Notes: generated by a model not told the origin, from the letters alone. A stretch of DNA of 40,363 bases from a virus (IMGVR_UViG_3300032281_000998:1-40363); one strand, 5' to 3'. Counted from the stretch's first letter, positions 5,812-15,061 are shown. Made by a program: numbers and translations.

Positions 5812-6785
5812 CGACGCCGGGCTCGCTCATCCAGGCGGCCGCGCAAGCGGATCGCGCCGCCCCCGTTTTCTCTTTTTTTTCGGAGGAGGAAAAGGAGGCA
5901 AGTGAAAGGCTGGCCGGAGTCGGTGAGTTTACCGGCGAGCGGCTGCACCGGGACCGGCCGGGCGTTTACGCGGCGGCCGTGCGGATGGCCGCCGAGGGGA
6001 TGAGCATCTCGGCAACGGCCCGGGCCCTGGGCATCAGCCGGAATACGGTTTGCGCCGTCCGCGACCGTGAGGGGTTTTCTATAGAGCAGGATAAAAAGGA
6101 GCTGCTGCGAGATCTGCGGCGGGCCTCCCGGCTCGGGGTAGAGAAGGTCATCGAGCTCCTGCCTGAGACGAAGCTGGCCAAAGATGCGGCGATCGTGGCG
6201 GCCGTCATGGTCGACAAGATGCAGCTGCTTTCCGGGGAGGCGACTGCCCGGGTGGAGCGGCTCGAGGTCAAACCGGACCAGGTGAAAGCGTTCCTGGACT
6301 CGCTGCCGGTCGTCGACGCGGAGCTCGTTGAAATGGGTGTTCCCGGGGAAGCGCCGGGACAAAGGGCGGCCGGCCTGGTCAGCGGGCGGCCGGCCCTGCC
6401 AGCGCCGGAATCTGATTTGATATCAGATGATGCCGGCGGCTCGAGCTCTGTCGGGCTGGCCGTTCGGGCCACGGCCCGGGCCATGGATGCCGCCGGCCAG
6501 GGCGCCGCGGGCGTCGATGCCTGGCCGGCCGGTGATGGGGGGGGAGGGGGTGCCTCTTGTGACACTCCGGCCCCCCGGATGATTGATCACGACAAACAAA
6601 ATTTTGGGCAAAGGGCCCATTCTGCGGAAGGCGAAGCGGCATCTAATGCTGGCGAACAACAAGGGGGCGCCGGCACGCGATGCAACGACGCGACCGCGGA
6701 AGGCGGCGATGCGGTCGGGGGGCCGCCCGCCGCCACCATTTTATGCCAAAACACGACAAAAAAGAAAGACGGGGGGCAAACATGA
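5808..6785 (+). CDS. HTH protein, candidate terminase small subunit
   Basis: HTH GMSISATARALGISRNTV followed by a helical oligomerisation-like region; low-complexity C-terminus. The terS role is inferred. Confidence 0.55.
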   Translation: MTTPGSLIQAAAQADRAAPVFSFFSEEEKEASERLAGVGEFTGERLHRDRPGVYAAAVRMAAEGMSISATARALGISRNTVCAVRDREGFSIEQDKKELLRDLRRASRLGVEKVIELLPETKLAKDAAIVAAVMVDKMQLLSGEATARVERLEVKPDQVKAFLDSLPVVDAELVEMGVPGEAPGQRAAGLVSGRPALPAPESDLISDDAGGSSSVGLAVRATARAMDAAGQGAAGVDAWPAGDGGGGGASCDTPAPRMIDHDKQNFGQRAHSAEGEAASNAGEQQGGAGTRCNDATAEGGDAVGGPPAATILCQNTTKKKDGGQT

Positions 6786-7141
6786 CCATCCGCGAAGCCA
6801 CCGGCACTCTCGATGAAGGCGCCGATTACGAAAAAAAAGAAGGGGGCCTCCGCGTGCTGACCCCTGCGGGAATAAAAAAAGTGGCCACGGCCCTGCAACC
6901 CAAGCAGGACGATGAATGGCAACCAGGGGACGGGGCGACTGAGCCAGACACGGCGATCGTCCGGCGGCGGTATCAGAATACGAAAATTCTCGGCTGCGAA
7001 ATTGAAGGCAAAGAAGGCGTCTTCAATGTCTGCGTGCGCGACGAAGCCAACTACCGCAACGGAGAACGCTTTGCCGTCAAAATTAATGACCGCGGCCAAT
7101 ACGAAGCCACCAACCATCGGATTGCCCCGAAATACCGATGA
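6782..7141 (+). CDS. Hypothetical protein
   Basis: MTIREATG... ORF, ATGA-coupled at both ends. Confidence 0.65.
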   Translation: MTIREATGTLDEGADYEKKEGGLRVLTPAGIKKVATALQPKQDDEWQPGDGATEPDTAIVRRRYQNTKILGCEIEGKEGVFNVCVRDEANYRNGERFAVKINDRGQYEATNHRIAPKYR

Positions 7142-7299
7142 AACCCTGCCTTAAGCCTTCAACCAGCGGCCAAGCCAAGGCGCCCAACGGGGCGCATAAA
7201 GCGGCTGACGTGGCCCGGGAGAGTGACGGCCGCCAGCAGCTCGTCGGCTATCCCGGCTGGCAACTCATTCTTCAGCGCATCGCCCGGCGCCGCCCATGA
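7138..7299 (+). CDS. 53-aa hypothetical protein (not in ORF track)
   Basis: Hand translation MKPCLKPSTSGQ...WQLILQRIARRRP; ATGA overlaps at both ends. Confidence 0.45.
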   Translation: MKPCLKPSTSGQAKAPNGAHKAADVARESDGRQQLVGYPGWQLILQRIARRRP

Positions 7300-7496
7300 A
7301 AAAAATGAACCACTACACCTTGGAAATTGAGCCCGGCACGGGCGGCTACGAGCAGATCGACAGCGTCGGTTTCAACCGGGCGCTCAACGAATGGGCCAAA
7401 CGCCGCGGCATCCGCTGGGACAATCCTTTCCGTCGCAACCCTCATTTCATCAAACAACCCAAAACAGAAACCCCACCATGCGAATCCGCACAGTAA
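7296..7496 (+). CDS. Hypothetical protein
   Basis: 66-aa coupled ORF. Confidence 0.6.
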   Translation: MKKMNHYTLEIEPGTGGYEQIDSVGFNRALNEWAKRRGIRWDNPFRRNPHFIKQPKTETPPCESAQ

Positions 7497-8374
7497 AACC
7501 CGAATTTTGGGTCCATCCGGTCATGAGCCGGTTGCCCTACGACACCCGCATCTTAGCCCTTGGCCTGCTTAATCTGGCCGACGACGAAGGCTACTTTAAC
7601 GCCGACCCTGATTACATTCGAGGAGCAGTCTTGTTCCGGGAAGATTCGTCGAATGTTCGGCGAATGCTCGACGAGCTCTCGCGCAGCGAGTGGATCGACC
7701 TCTGCGGCAGTCCCGACCGCCCGATTGGACGCGTGGCGAATTTCCGCAAGCACCAAAGAGTCGACCGGGCGCAACCCTCTCGTCTTAAACAATATGCGCT
7801 CGAGGAAAGCTCGACGAACGATCGACGAGCCCTCGAAGATTCATCGTCGCCGGATCAGGGAACAGGGAAAGGAATGGATACCCCTATAGTCCCCGCAAGC
7901 GGGGACGGAGCAGCAAGTGCTGCCATCGAGCCGGCGGATCTGATCCGGGCCAAAAGCATATTCCGCAAGAGGCCCGGCACCGCTTTAGATCGCTCTCAAG
8001 CCCGAGCATGGAAAACGGCCGCCGCGGCCGCGGCCGCCACGACCGAGGCCGAGTGGTTGCAGCTTGAAGCCTATTACGCCGCGGACATTGCCCAGCGCAA
8101 CGACTACCGGCGCAAAGACCTCGCCACGCTGCTCAATAACTGGTCCGGCGAACTGACCCGAGCCGCGGCATGGTGCGATCGCCATGGCATCTCAGGGCAA
8201 AAATCGCAAAAAAAGGAACACGGGGGGCCGGGCGAAAAGCGGTGGCGCCAAGTGTTGCAAAACCTTTATCCCGACGCCGGTCCGGCGCCCTACCGGACTT
8301 GGGCCGACATTCCAGAGTCATTAAAGGTCGAAATTCTCGACGCCATTACGCCGGCGAAAAAGGAGGCCGCATGA
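7478..8374 (+). CDS. Phage replication initiator / replisome organiser
   Basis: N-terminus MRIRTVKPEFW...RILALGLLNLADDEGYF is typical of phage initiator proteins; has internal iterons and lies upstream of DnaB. Confidence 0.8.
   Translation: MRIRTVKPEFWVHPVMSRLPYDTRILALGLLNLADDEGYFNADPDYIRGAVLFREDSSNVRRMLDELSRSEWIDLCGSPDRPIGRVANFRKHQRVDRAQPSRLKQYALEESSTNDRRALEDSSSPDQGTGKGMDTPIVPASGDGAASAAIEPADLIRAKSIFRKRPGTALDRSQARAWKTAAAAAAATTEAEWLQLEAYYAADIAQRNDYRRKDLATLLNNWSGELTRAAAWCDRHGISGQKSQKKEHGGPGEKRWRQVLQNLYPDAGPAPYRTWADIPESLKVEILDAITPAKKEAA
7645..7853. repeat. Two clusters of 11-bp-period iteron-like repeats; putative replication origin
   Basis: 7645-7677: TTCGTCGAATG/TTCGGCGAATG/CTCGACGAGCT. 7799-7853: CTCGAGGAAAG/CTCGACGAACG/ATCGACGAGCC/CTCGAAGATTC/ATCGTCGCCGG. 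Confidence 0.6.
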
Positions 8375-8472
8375 CGCCCGCCGCTTTCCTGGCCTACGCC
8401 GCCCTCGTCGCCCTTCTCGCCATGATTCTCCTGGTCATGTTCGACGACAACGGAGGAGGACCCTCCGCGTGA
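8371..8472 (+). CDS. 33-aa single-TM peptide
   Basis: MTPAAFLAYAALVALLAMILLVMFDDNGGGPSA; AAGGAGG upstream and ATGA overlap. Confidence 0.6.
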   Translation: MTPAAFLAYAALVALLAMILLVMFDDNGGGPSA

Positions 8473-8567
8473 CAACCTTGCCCGTCACCCATGGTCTGGC
8501 GGGAGATCCGCCAGCCGGTTGCCAAACTGTGCACCGCATGAAACAGGCACGGGCACCTTATTAACCC

Positions 8568-8771
8568 ATGAAAAGCAAAACTCACCGCCAACGGGCACGC
8601 GCCACCGGCGCCGGGCCCGGGGTCGCGCAACTCGCTGAGCTCTATGACAAAGCCGTAGGCCATATTGAGAGACTCGTCCGGGCGCTAAGACTGTGCACGC
8701 CGACGACCCAAGTGGCGCTTGACGCCCGGAGCCAAGCCCTCGACGCCGTGATGGAGGAGCTCGAGCCATGA
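8568..8771 (+). CDS. Hypothetical protein
   Basis: 67-aa helical ORF, coupled to the next gene. Confidence 0.55.
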   Translation: MKSKTHRQRARATGAGPGVAQLAELYDKAVGHIERLVRALRLCTPTTQVALDARSQALDAVMEELEP

Positions 8772-9004
8772 GCCCGGAGCACGACCATATCTTGACCATC
8801 GCCAACGACCGCCTGGAAAAGATCCGGCGCCTCGAGCGTGAGATCGAATCCTGGCGGCAAGTTGCCGGCCAACTCCACGCCGCCTTGATCATCAGTGCCT
8901 CCGGCCTCGCCACACATCCGGCCAGCAGAGACAGCGACAAGCCCGCGGACGCGCTGGAAGCCTATGCCCGCCTGCAAACACACAACCCCAACCCACTAAT
9001 ATGA
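8768..9004 (+). CDS. Hypothetical coiled-coil protein
   Basis: 78-aa ORF, ATGA-coupled to dnaB. Confidence 0.6.
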   Translation: MSPEHDHILTIANDRLEKIRRLEREIESWRQVAGQLHAALIISASGLATHPASRDSDKPADALEAYARLQTHNPNPLI

Positions 9005-10431
9005 ACAACCCCGACCCCAACTCCATCCCGCTCTGGTCCCAGCCCGCCGAAGCCGGCCTCATCAGCAGCGTCCTTAACGGCGGCACGACCGCTCTCGACG
9101 CAGCCCTCGAGCTCGTGCACGACGACTGGTTTTTTGCTCCGGTCAACGCCACCGCCTGGCAAGTGCTCAAAACATTGAGCGCCCGCCGTCAACCCGTCGA
9201 CCTGCTCACCTTCACCGAAACTTTCCGCCAGACCGGCGAGCTTGAGCGGATCGAAGGCGGCCCCGGCTTTATCACCGCCGAATACACCCGCTCGGAATGC
9301 TCGGCGAGCACCGTAAGCCATTGGGCCGAACAGCTGCGCGACTACTGGCGCCGCCGCGAGATCCACCGCATCGGCGTCGACCTGATGATCGAAGCCCGCA
9401 ACTTTCAGCGGACGAGCGACGAGATCCTGGACACCAGCGAAAAAAGCCTGCTCGACCTGCGACTCGATAGCAAACAAACCGGCCTTCTCCATTGCGCCAC
9501 CGCGGTGAGTGAAGCCGCCGCCCGCATTGAGGCCGCTTACAAAAAGCGCGGCAAGCCGATCGGCATTGCCACCGGGTATCACGACTTTGACCGCATGACG
9601 AGCGGACTCAAGCCGGGCCAGCTCATCATCGTCGCGGCCCGCCCGAGCATGGGCAAAAGCGCCTTTGCGACAAACATTGCCGAGCATGCTTGCCTATCCG
9701 ACAAAGTGCCCACCGCCATGTTCAGTCTGGAGATGGGCGGCGCCGACCTCATGGAGCGAATGCTTTGCACCCAAGCCGGCGTCAAGCTCCAACGCATCCG
9801 CGACGGTTTCATGTCCAAGCAAGACGTGCAAAACCTCGGCGCCAAGCACGACGAGATCAGCCAGGCCCCGCTATACATTGACGAGACGCCCGCGCTAAGT
9901 ATCGCGGCCTTCCGGGCCCGAGCCCGCCGCGCTGTCGCCAAGCACGGCGTCAAACTTCTCATCGTCGATTATTTGCAGCTGATGAAAGGCGTGAGCAAAC
10001 GCGCCCAGGCCGACCGCCGCCTCGAGGTTGACGAGGTCAGCGCCGGACTTAAGCAGACAGCCATGGAGCTGCATGTGCCCGTCATCGCCCTGTCTCAATT
10101 AAACCGTGATGCGGAAGAACGGGCCGAGCCCAAGCTGAGCCACCTGCGGGAAAGCGGCAGCCTCGAGCAAGACGCGGATGTTGTTGCCTTGCTGCATCGC
10201 CCGGAGCGGGTAACGAACAACGCGGAAGACAAAGGCAAAGCCGTCTTAATCCTGGCCAAGCAGCGCAACGGTCCGGTCGGCCGCATCGAACTCCTCTTTG
10301 ACGCCGAGATCACCAAATTCAAAAACAGCACGGAAGAACTTTACTCGAACAAAAGCGAAAAGCGCCAAGCGATCACCACCAGCAAATCCACCTACCAACC
10401 CAACAACTTCAACGACAAAGACGGAGATTAA
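9001..10431 (+). CDS. dnaB: Replicative DNA helicase
   Basis: AARPSMGKS Walker A, FSLEM, IVDYLQLM, LSQLNR, LRESGSLEQDAD and KQRNGP. Confidence 0.97.
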   Translation: MNNPDPNSIPLWSQPAEAGLISSVLNGGTTALDAALELVHDDWFFAPVNATAWQVLKTLSARRQPVDLLTFTETFRQTGELERIEGGPGFITAEYTRSECSASTVSHWAEQLRDYWRRREIHRIGVDLMIEARNFQRTSDEILDTSEKSLLDLRLDSKQTGLLHCATAVSEAAARIEAAYKKRGKPIGIATGYHDFDRMTSGLKPGQLIIVAARPSMGKSAFATNIAEHACLSDKVPTAMFSLEMGGADLMERMLCTQAGVKLQRIRDGFMSKQDVQNLGAKHDEISQAPLYIDETPALSIAAFRARARRAVAKHGVKLLIVDYLQLMKGVSKRAQADRRLEVDEVSAGLKQTAMELHVPVIALSQLNRDAEERAEPKLSHLRESGSLEQDADVVALLHRPERVTNNAEDKGKAVLILAKQRNGPVGRIELLFDAEITKFKNSTEELYSNKSEKRQAITTSKSTYQPNNFNDKDGD

Positions 10432-10433
10432 CC

Positions 10434-10733
10434 ATGAAAGCCACCAAGAAAAAACCCACCAAAAAGCCCAAGCCCAAAGCCAAAGCCATGCCTCCAATCG
10501 ACCCCAAGGCGGTCAACGCCGCCTTACAACGAGCCGACGACCGCATCGACCAATGCGCCGGCGCCATGGCCACCGATAAGGCCGTCCTCGCCACCCTTGA
10601 GCAGTTTGTCCGCCAGCATCGTGTTGAGCTGCTCAAATTCATCATCACCCACACAGCCTGCAAAGACCCCGCCGAATTAGCCCACCGCGCCCTGGTCATT
10701 ACCCAATGGCTGGAACTTAAAACCCGCAGCTAA
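10434..10733 (+). CDS. Hypothetical protein
   Basis: 99-aa ORF with a Lys-rich N-terminus. Confidence 0.65.
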   Translation: MKATKKKPTKKPKPKAKAMPPIDPKAVNAALQRADDRIDQCAGAMATDKAVLATLEQFVRQHRVELLKFIITHTACKDPAELAHRALVITQWLELKTRS

Positions 10734-10749
10734 GCCCCGCACCCACCGC

Positions 10750-11070
10750 ATGAGCCACCAAGAAATCATCACGCGCATGAACGCCGAATTGAACACCACC
10801 GAAGCCTGGGAACGCCGCTGGCAAGTCGAGCGCGAGCACAACGAGCGTCTCCTCAAGCAAGCCAGCCTGGCCCGCACCGGAGTCCACCAGCTCCGCGCCC
10901 GCGCCATCGAACGCTATGGCGCCTATCAGCAGAGCGCCGGCCAAGCCCGCACCGCGAATGACGCCCGCCGCGCCGACCTCCACGAAAAAATGTGCAGCGT
11001 CCAGTCCGGCATGGTCCGGGCCTTGGACGACGTCCTCCAACTCTTCGACCAGATCGAGCATATCGAATGA
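10750..11070 (+). CDS. Hypothetical coiled-coil protein
   Basis: 106-aa ORF, coupled to the next gene. Confidence 0.65.
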   Translation: MSHQEIITRMNAELNTTEAWERRWQVEREHNERLLKQASLARTGVHQLRARAIERYGAYQQSAGQARTANDARRADLHEKMCSVQSGMVRALDDVLQLFDQIEHIE

Positions 11071-11678
11071 AAACCCTGATCCTCACCTGCTCCCGCAACG
11101 ACACCTATTGCGGCGGCTACGTCGCCGGCCTCATGGCCGCCATGCAGAGCCCGCACTTTGCCGGCTGGTGCCACCTTGACCACGAATCCGACATCGCCCG
11201 CGGCCGCAGCAAACTCCTCGACCGCGTTCTTGCCCAGACTGACGCGCCCGCCTTCCTCTGGATCGACGACGACATTGCTTTCACCGGGAGCGATTTCGAC
11301 ACCATTTGCCAAACCGAGCACGACATCGTCGGCGGACTCTATCCCTTACGCCACGCCAGCCGTCGCCCCTGCCACGGCCGGCTCATCCCCACGGCCGCCC
11401 GTGGTTCCATCGTCGCCGTCGACGCCATCGGCACCGGTTTTTTGCGCGTCACCCGGCGTGCCCTGGAATCCATGCGCCCCCTCATGCAAATGACCGCCGA
11501 CCTCCCGACCGAAGGTCCTGGCTGGACCCACTGGTTTCCCGCCGGCCTCCGCGACGGCCGCTACCTCTCCGAAGACTGGGCCTTTTGCTATCTCGCCTGG
11601 CAAGCCGGCATCCCCGTCCACGCCCACCGCGACATCCGCCTCAAACACATCGGCATCCACGATTACACCCTGCCATGA
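11067..11678 (+). CDS. GT-A fold glycosyltransferase-like protein
   Basis: ESDIARGRSKL, FLWIDDDI (DxD), IVGGLYP, IGTGFLRV and YLSEDWAFC. Confidence 0.8.
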   Translation: MKTLILTCSRNDTYCGGYVAGLMAAMQSPHFAGWCHLDHESDIARGRSKLLDRVLAQTDAPAFLWIDDDIAFTGSDFDTICQTEHDIVGGLYPLRHASRRPCHGRLIPTAARGSIVAVDAIGTGFLRVTRRALESMRPLMQMTADLPTEGPGWTHWFPAGLRDGRYLSEDWAFCYLAWQAGIPVHAHRDIRLKHIGIHDYTLP

Positions 11679-12442
11679 ACATCACGATCATCATGCCCGT
11701 CTGGAACCGCGCTGCCACGCTGCGCCGCGCCATCGAATCCACCGCCGGCCAGGGCGCCGACCAGTTTGTGATCATCGACGACCACAGCACCGACGGCAGC
11801 TACGAGATCGCCAGCGAATATCCTGGCATTACCGTCCACCGCCATCCTGCAAAAAGCGCCGATCACCTCCGCGCCCTCGAGCCGATCATCGAAAGCATTC
11901 AGACCGACTACGTCCTCGGCATCGGCGCCGACGACTACCTCTATCCCGGTTGCATCGCCGCCCTTCGTCGCGGCTACCTTCACGCCCAAGGCGAGAATCC
12001 CGGTGCCATCTTTGCTGATTTTGACCAAGTCGACAGCCAGGACCCCCCGCAGCTCTTGCGCACCGTGCGCTACAGCCCCGTCATGGTTCATCTGCCGCCC
12101 GAAAATTACCGCGCTTACATCGCCCACAAAAGCGTTCGGCCCGAGTGTGGCGTTGCCAGCCTGATCCGTCATGACCTGTTGGTCTGGCTGCAACGCGAAG
12201 GCTACGCCGCCACCGGCTATTTGTCCGACGTATGGGGCTACATGCTGGCCGCCCTACGCGCCGGCGCTGTCTACGTCCCAGGGCCCTACGCCGCCTTCAC
12301 CACCCGGGCCAAGGAGCCCAGCTTCAGCGCCCGCGGCACGGCCGACCCCGCCGAGCGCGACCGCATCGCCCGCGACGGCACCGCCTTTCTCAACCGCCCC
12401 GCCATCGCTCCCTACGCCCAAGGCATCAAATGGCCCGTCTAA
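11675..12442 (+). CDS. Glycosyltransferase family 2
   Basis: IIMPVWNRAATLRRAIES, IIDDHSTDGS and GADD. Confidence 0.88.
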   Translation: MNITIIMPVWNRAATLRRAIESTAGQGADQFVIIDDHSTDGSYEIASEYPGITVHRHPAKSADHLRALEPIIESIQTDYVLGIGADDYLYPGCIAALRRGYLHAQGENPGAIFADFDQVDSQDPPQLLRTVRYSPVMVHLPPENYRAYIAHKSVRPECGVASLIRHDLLVWLQREGYAATGYLSDVWGYMLAALRAGAVYVPGPYAAFTTRAKEPSFSARGTADPAERDRIARDGTAFLNRPAIAPYAQGIKWPV

Positions 12443-12461
12443 CTCCTGCGAATAATTCTTT

Positions 12462-12722
12462 ATGTCAACATACCAACCCAAACCCAACACCTGGACATTG
12501 TTCCAGAACACCCGCAAGGCCAACGACACGCAACCGGACTACACCGGAAGCGCGATGCTCGAAATGCCTGACGGGACAATCAAAGAATACCGGCTGAGCG
12601 CGTGGAAGCGCGTGAGCAAATCTGACGTCAAATTCATTGGCGGATTCATCAAACCCAAAGAAGACCAACCCAAGCTGATCGAGGAAACCTCGACGGCGGC
12701 CGGCAACGAGGACCCGTGGTAA
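12462..12722 (+). CDS. Small ssDNA-binding-like protein (DUF736-like)
   Basis: LFQN...QPDYTG...YRLSAWKR and an acidic/aromatic tail NEDPW. Confidence 0.6.
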   Translation: MSTYQPKPNTWTLFQNTRKANDTQPDYTGSAMLEMPDGTIKEYRLSAWKRVSKSDVKFIGGFIKPKEDQPKLIEETSTAAGNEDPW

Positions 12723-12738
12723 GGAAGCGACCCGGATC

Positions 12739-14448
12739 TTGGCAATGATCTTCACCGACCACGTCATCCATAAGCCGCCCGAGTTGCTTGGCCGCGACAG
12801 CGCGGGCAACATCAAGGCGCGGTTTGCGGATGGCGTGCGGTGGCTCAGCGCCGAACAATTCGCCGAATTTCACCGGATCTTTGAGGAACGCATTCGCCAG
12901 GAGCAAGACGATCCGTATCGCTACGGCTACGTCATCCCGATTTGGCAAACGGCCGACCGGCAGTTTGCCGAATTGCGCGAGAAATTCCCCAAAGGGGTGA
13001 CCGAGCTGCTGATCCTGGGCGGCAACCGCGCCTCGAAATCGCGCTACCTGGCCCGCCGGGCCGTCGAAGTATTGGTCAATACTCCCGGGGCCAAAGTCTG
13101 GTGCCTGCAATCGACCGAAGCCTCCAGCATTCAGAACCAACAACCTTACATTTGGGATTATTTACCCGCGGAATGGAAGCCCGCGGCCACCGGAAAACTC
13201 CGCCGCGGAGTCACGACCAATGTGACCTACTCACAAAAGGGGGGGTTCACAGAAAACTCGTTTGTCCTCGGGAATGGCAGTCAGTGCTGGTTCAAATTTT
13301 ACTCTATGGACGTGAAAGCCATAGAAGGTGCCGAGCTGAACTACTGCTGGGCTGATGAATTGGTAAATCCCGAGTGGATCGAGGCATTGCGCTTCCGGTT
13401 AATCACCCGCAACGGCGAGCTGGCGGTCGGTTTCACCCCGATCCTTGGCTATACCGACACGGTCGCCGAATACCTGGCCGGCGCCGTGACTCTCGAGGAC
13501 ACGATCGCGGAGCTGGTTAAGGACAAGAAAGGCCAACCGATGCGCGTGCCACGGGTGCAGCAATGCGTCAAGCCCACGGCCCGGGTGGTCTACTTCCATA
13601 CCCAGGACAACCCTTTCGGCAACTACGAGGCGATGAAGACCGAGCTGCTCAAGTCGCCCAAAGACCGCGTCCTGATGCGGGCCTACGGAGTGCCGACAAA
13701 AAAGGCGGCCAATATGTTTGCCAAATTCGACGCCCGCGTCCACGTCATCGCGCCCGAGCTCATCCCGCGCCGCGGAGTCAACTACCACGTCGTCGACCCG
13801 TGCTCCGGGCGAAACTGGTTCATGCTTTGGGCCCGGTTTGACGAAACGGGCCGGTGCTTTATCTACGACGAGTGGCCCTCACAAGTGCGCGAAGTGCCCG
13901 GCGTCGGCCTACCCGGGCCCTGGGCCGTGACCGGCGGCAACAATCCCGACGGCGTAGCCGGTGACGCGCAACGATCGTTTGGCTTTGGGCTCAGCCATTA
14001 CAAACTCGAGATCGAGAACATCGAAGCCCGGCACGCGGCCGCGGCCGACGACTATAGCATCTTTGAACGCACGATGGATTCGCGCTACGGCAACGCGGCC
14101 ACCGTCTCCCGGGAAGGCGCCACCACGCTAATCGAAGAATGTGCCGAGATCGGCCTGCACTTCACGGCCGCGCCCGGAGACGCCATTGCCGAAGGCGTGA
14201 CCATGATCATCGACATGCTCAGCTACGACGGAAATCCAGAAGACATCAATGCACTCAACCAGCCGAAGCTCTACGTAAGCAGCAACTGCAAGAACGTGAT
14301 TTTCGCGCTCAGCCAATACACCGGAACCGGCAATACCAAGACCGCCGGGACCAAAGATGCCATCGACTGCCTGCGCTACCTGGTTCTCAGCGGCGCCGCG
14401 TATGTCTCGACCAAGGATCTCGAAGTAAAACCCGCCGGCTCCTACTGA
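12739..14448 (+). CDS. terL: Terminase large subunit
   Basis: Walker A-like LGGNRASKS, Walker B YCWADE, motif III FTP, and C-terminal nuclease acidic residues (VVDP, KDAIDCLRY). The start may be ATG 12745. Confidence 0.9.
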   Translation: MAMIFTDHVIHKPPELLGRDSAGNIKARFADGVRWLSAEQFAEFHRIFEERIRQEQDDPYRYGYVIPIWQTADRQFAELREKFPKGVTELLILGGNRASKSRYLARRAVEVLVNTPGAKVWCLQSTEASSIQNQQPYIWDYLPAEWKPAATGKLRRGVTTNVTYSQKGGFTENSFVLGNGSQCWFKFYSMDVKAIEGAELNYCWADELVNPEWIEALRFRLITRNGELAVGFTPILGYTDTVAEYLAGAVTLEDTIAELVKDKKGQPMRVPRVQQCVKPTARVVYFHTQDNPFGNYEAMKTELLKSPKDRVLMRAYGVPTKKAANMFAKFDARVHVIAPELIPRRGVNYHVVDPCSGRNWFMLWARFDETGRCFIYDEWPSQVREVPGVGLPGPWAVTGGNNPDGVAGDAQRSFGFGLSHYKLEIENIEARHAAAADDYSIFERTMDSRYGNAATVSREGATTLIEECAEIGLHFTAAPGDAIAEGVTMIIDMLSYDGNPEDINALNQPKLYVSSNCKNVIFALSQYTGTGNTKTAGTKDAIDCLRYLVLSGAAYVSTKDLEVKPAGSY

Positions 14449-14494
14449 CTCCCCAAACTCCAAACACTGAACACCGAAAACTGAATACTTACTT

Positions 14495-14674
14495 ATGACC
14501 AAACAACTCCTTAACCGCGGCGACCTGCTCGAATGGCTTCAGATTACCGATGCGACCTACCGCAAATGGATCGAAGCCAAGCTCCTCCAACCGGTCAAAC
14601 TCAAGGGCATTAAGAAGAAATGGTTTCGCCGCTCCGACGTGATCAAAGCCCTGCACTTGGAGGGAACGCTATGA
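14495..14674 (+). CDS. 59-aa Xis/MerR-like HTH protein (not in ORF track)
   Basis: MTKQLLNRGDLLEWLQITDATYRKWIEAKLLQPVKLKGIKKKWFRRSDVIKAL. Confidence 0.75.
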   Translation: MTKQLLNRGDLLEWLQITDATYRKWIEAKLLQPVKLKGIKKKWFRRSDVIKALHLEGTL

Positions 14675-14913
14675 TCAAAAAATCTCAGATGAAGTGCAAC
14701 GCCCCCAAGCGCACGCCCGGCCACGCGACGAAGTCGCATGTGGTCAAGGCCTGCGCCGGTGGGAAAGAGAAAATTATCCGGTTCGGACAACAGGGCGTCA
14801 TTGGCAGCCCGTCGGGCACGAAACGGAACAAAGCATTCAAAGCCCGACATGCCTCCAATATCGCCAAGGGCAAAATGTCCGCGGCCTATTGGGCCAACAA
14901 AGTGAAATGGTAA
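14671..14913 (+). CDS. Small basic phage protein
   Basis: KSHVVKACAGGKEKIIRFGQQG...FKARH...SAAYWANKVKW, a pattern I recognise from small phage head-module proteins. Confidence 0.75.
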   Translation: MIKKSQMKCNAPKRTPGHATKSHVVKACAGGKEKIIRFGQQGVIGSPSGTKRNKAFKARHASNIAKGKMSAAYWANKVKW

Positions 14914-14917
14914 ACCT

Positions 14918-15061
14918 ATGAACAAGAAAAAACCCGGCCTCTATGCCAACATAAACGCTCGCAAGAAAGCCGGCACCAGCCGGCCGAAAAGCAAGAGCAC
15001 TGTCAGTCCGAAAATCTACAACCAGATGAAGAAGGGCATCGGCGCCTTCAGCCCAAAATGA
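14918..15061 (+). CDS. 47-aa basic phage protein (not in ORF track)
   Basis: MNKKKPGLYANINARKKAGTSRPKSKSTVSPKIYNQMKKG; coupled to the next ORF. Confidence 0.7.
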   Translation: MNKKKPGLYANINARKKAGTSRPKSKSTVSPKIYNQMKKGIGAFSPK

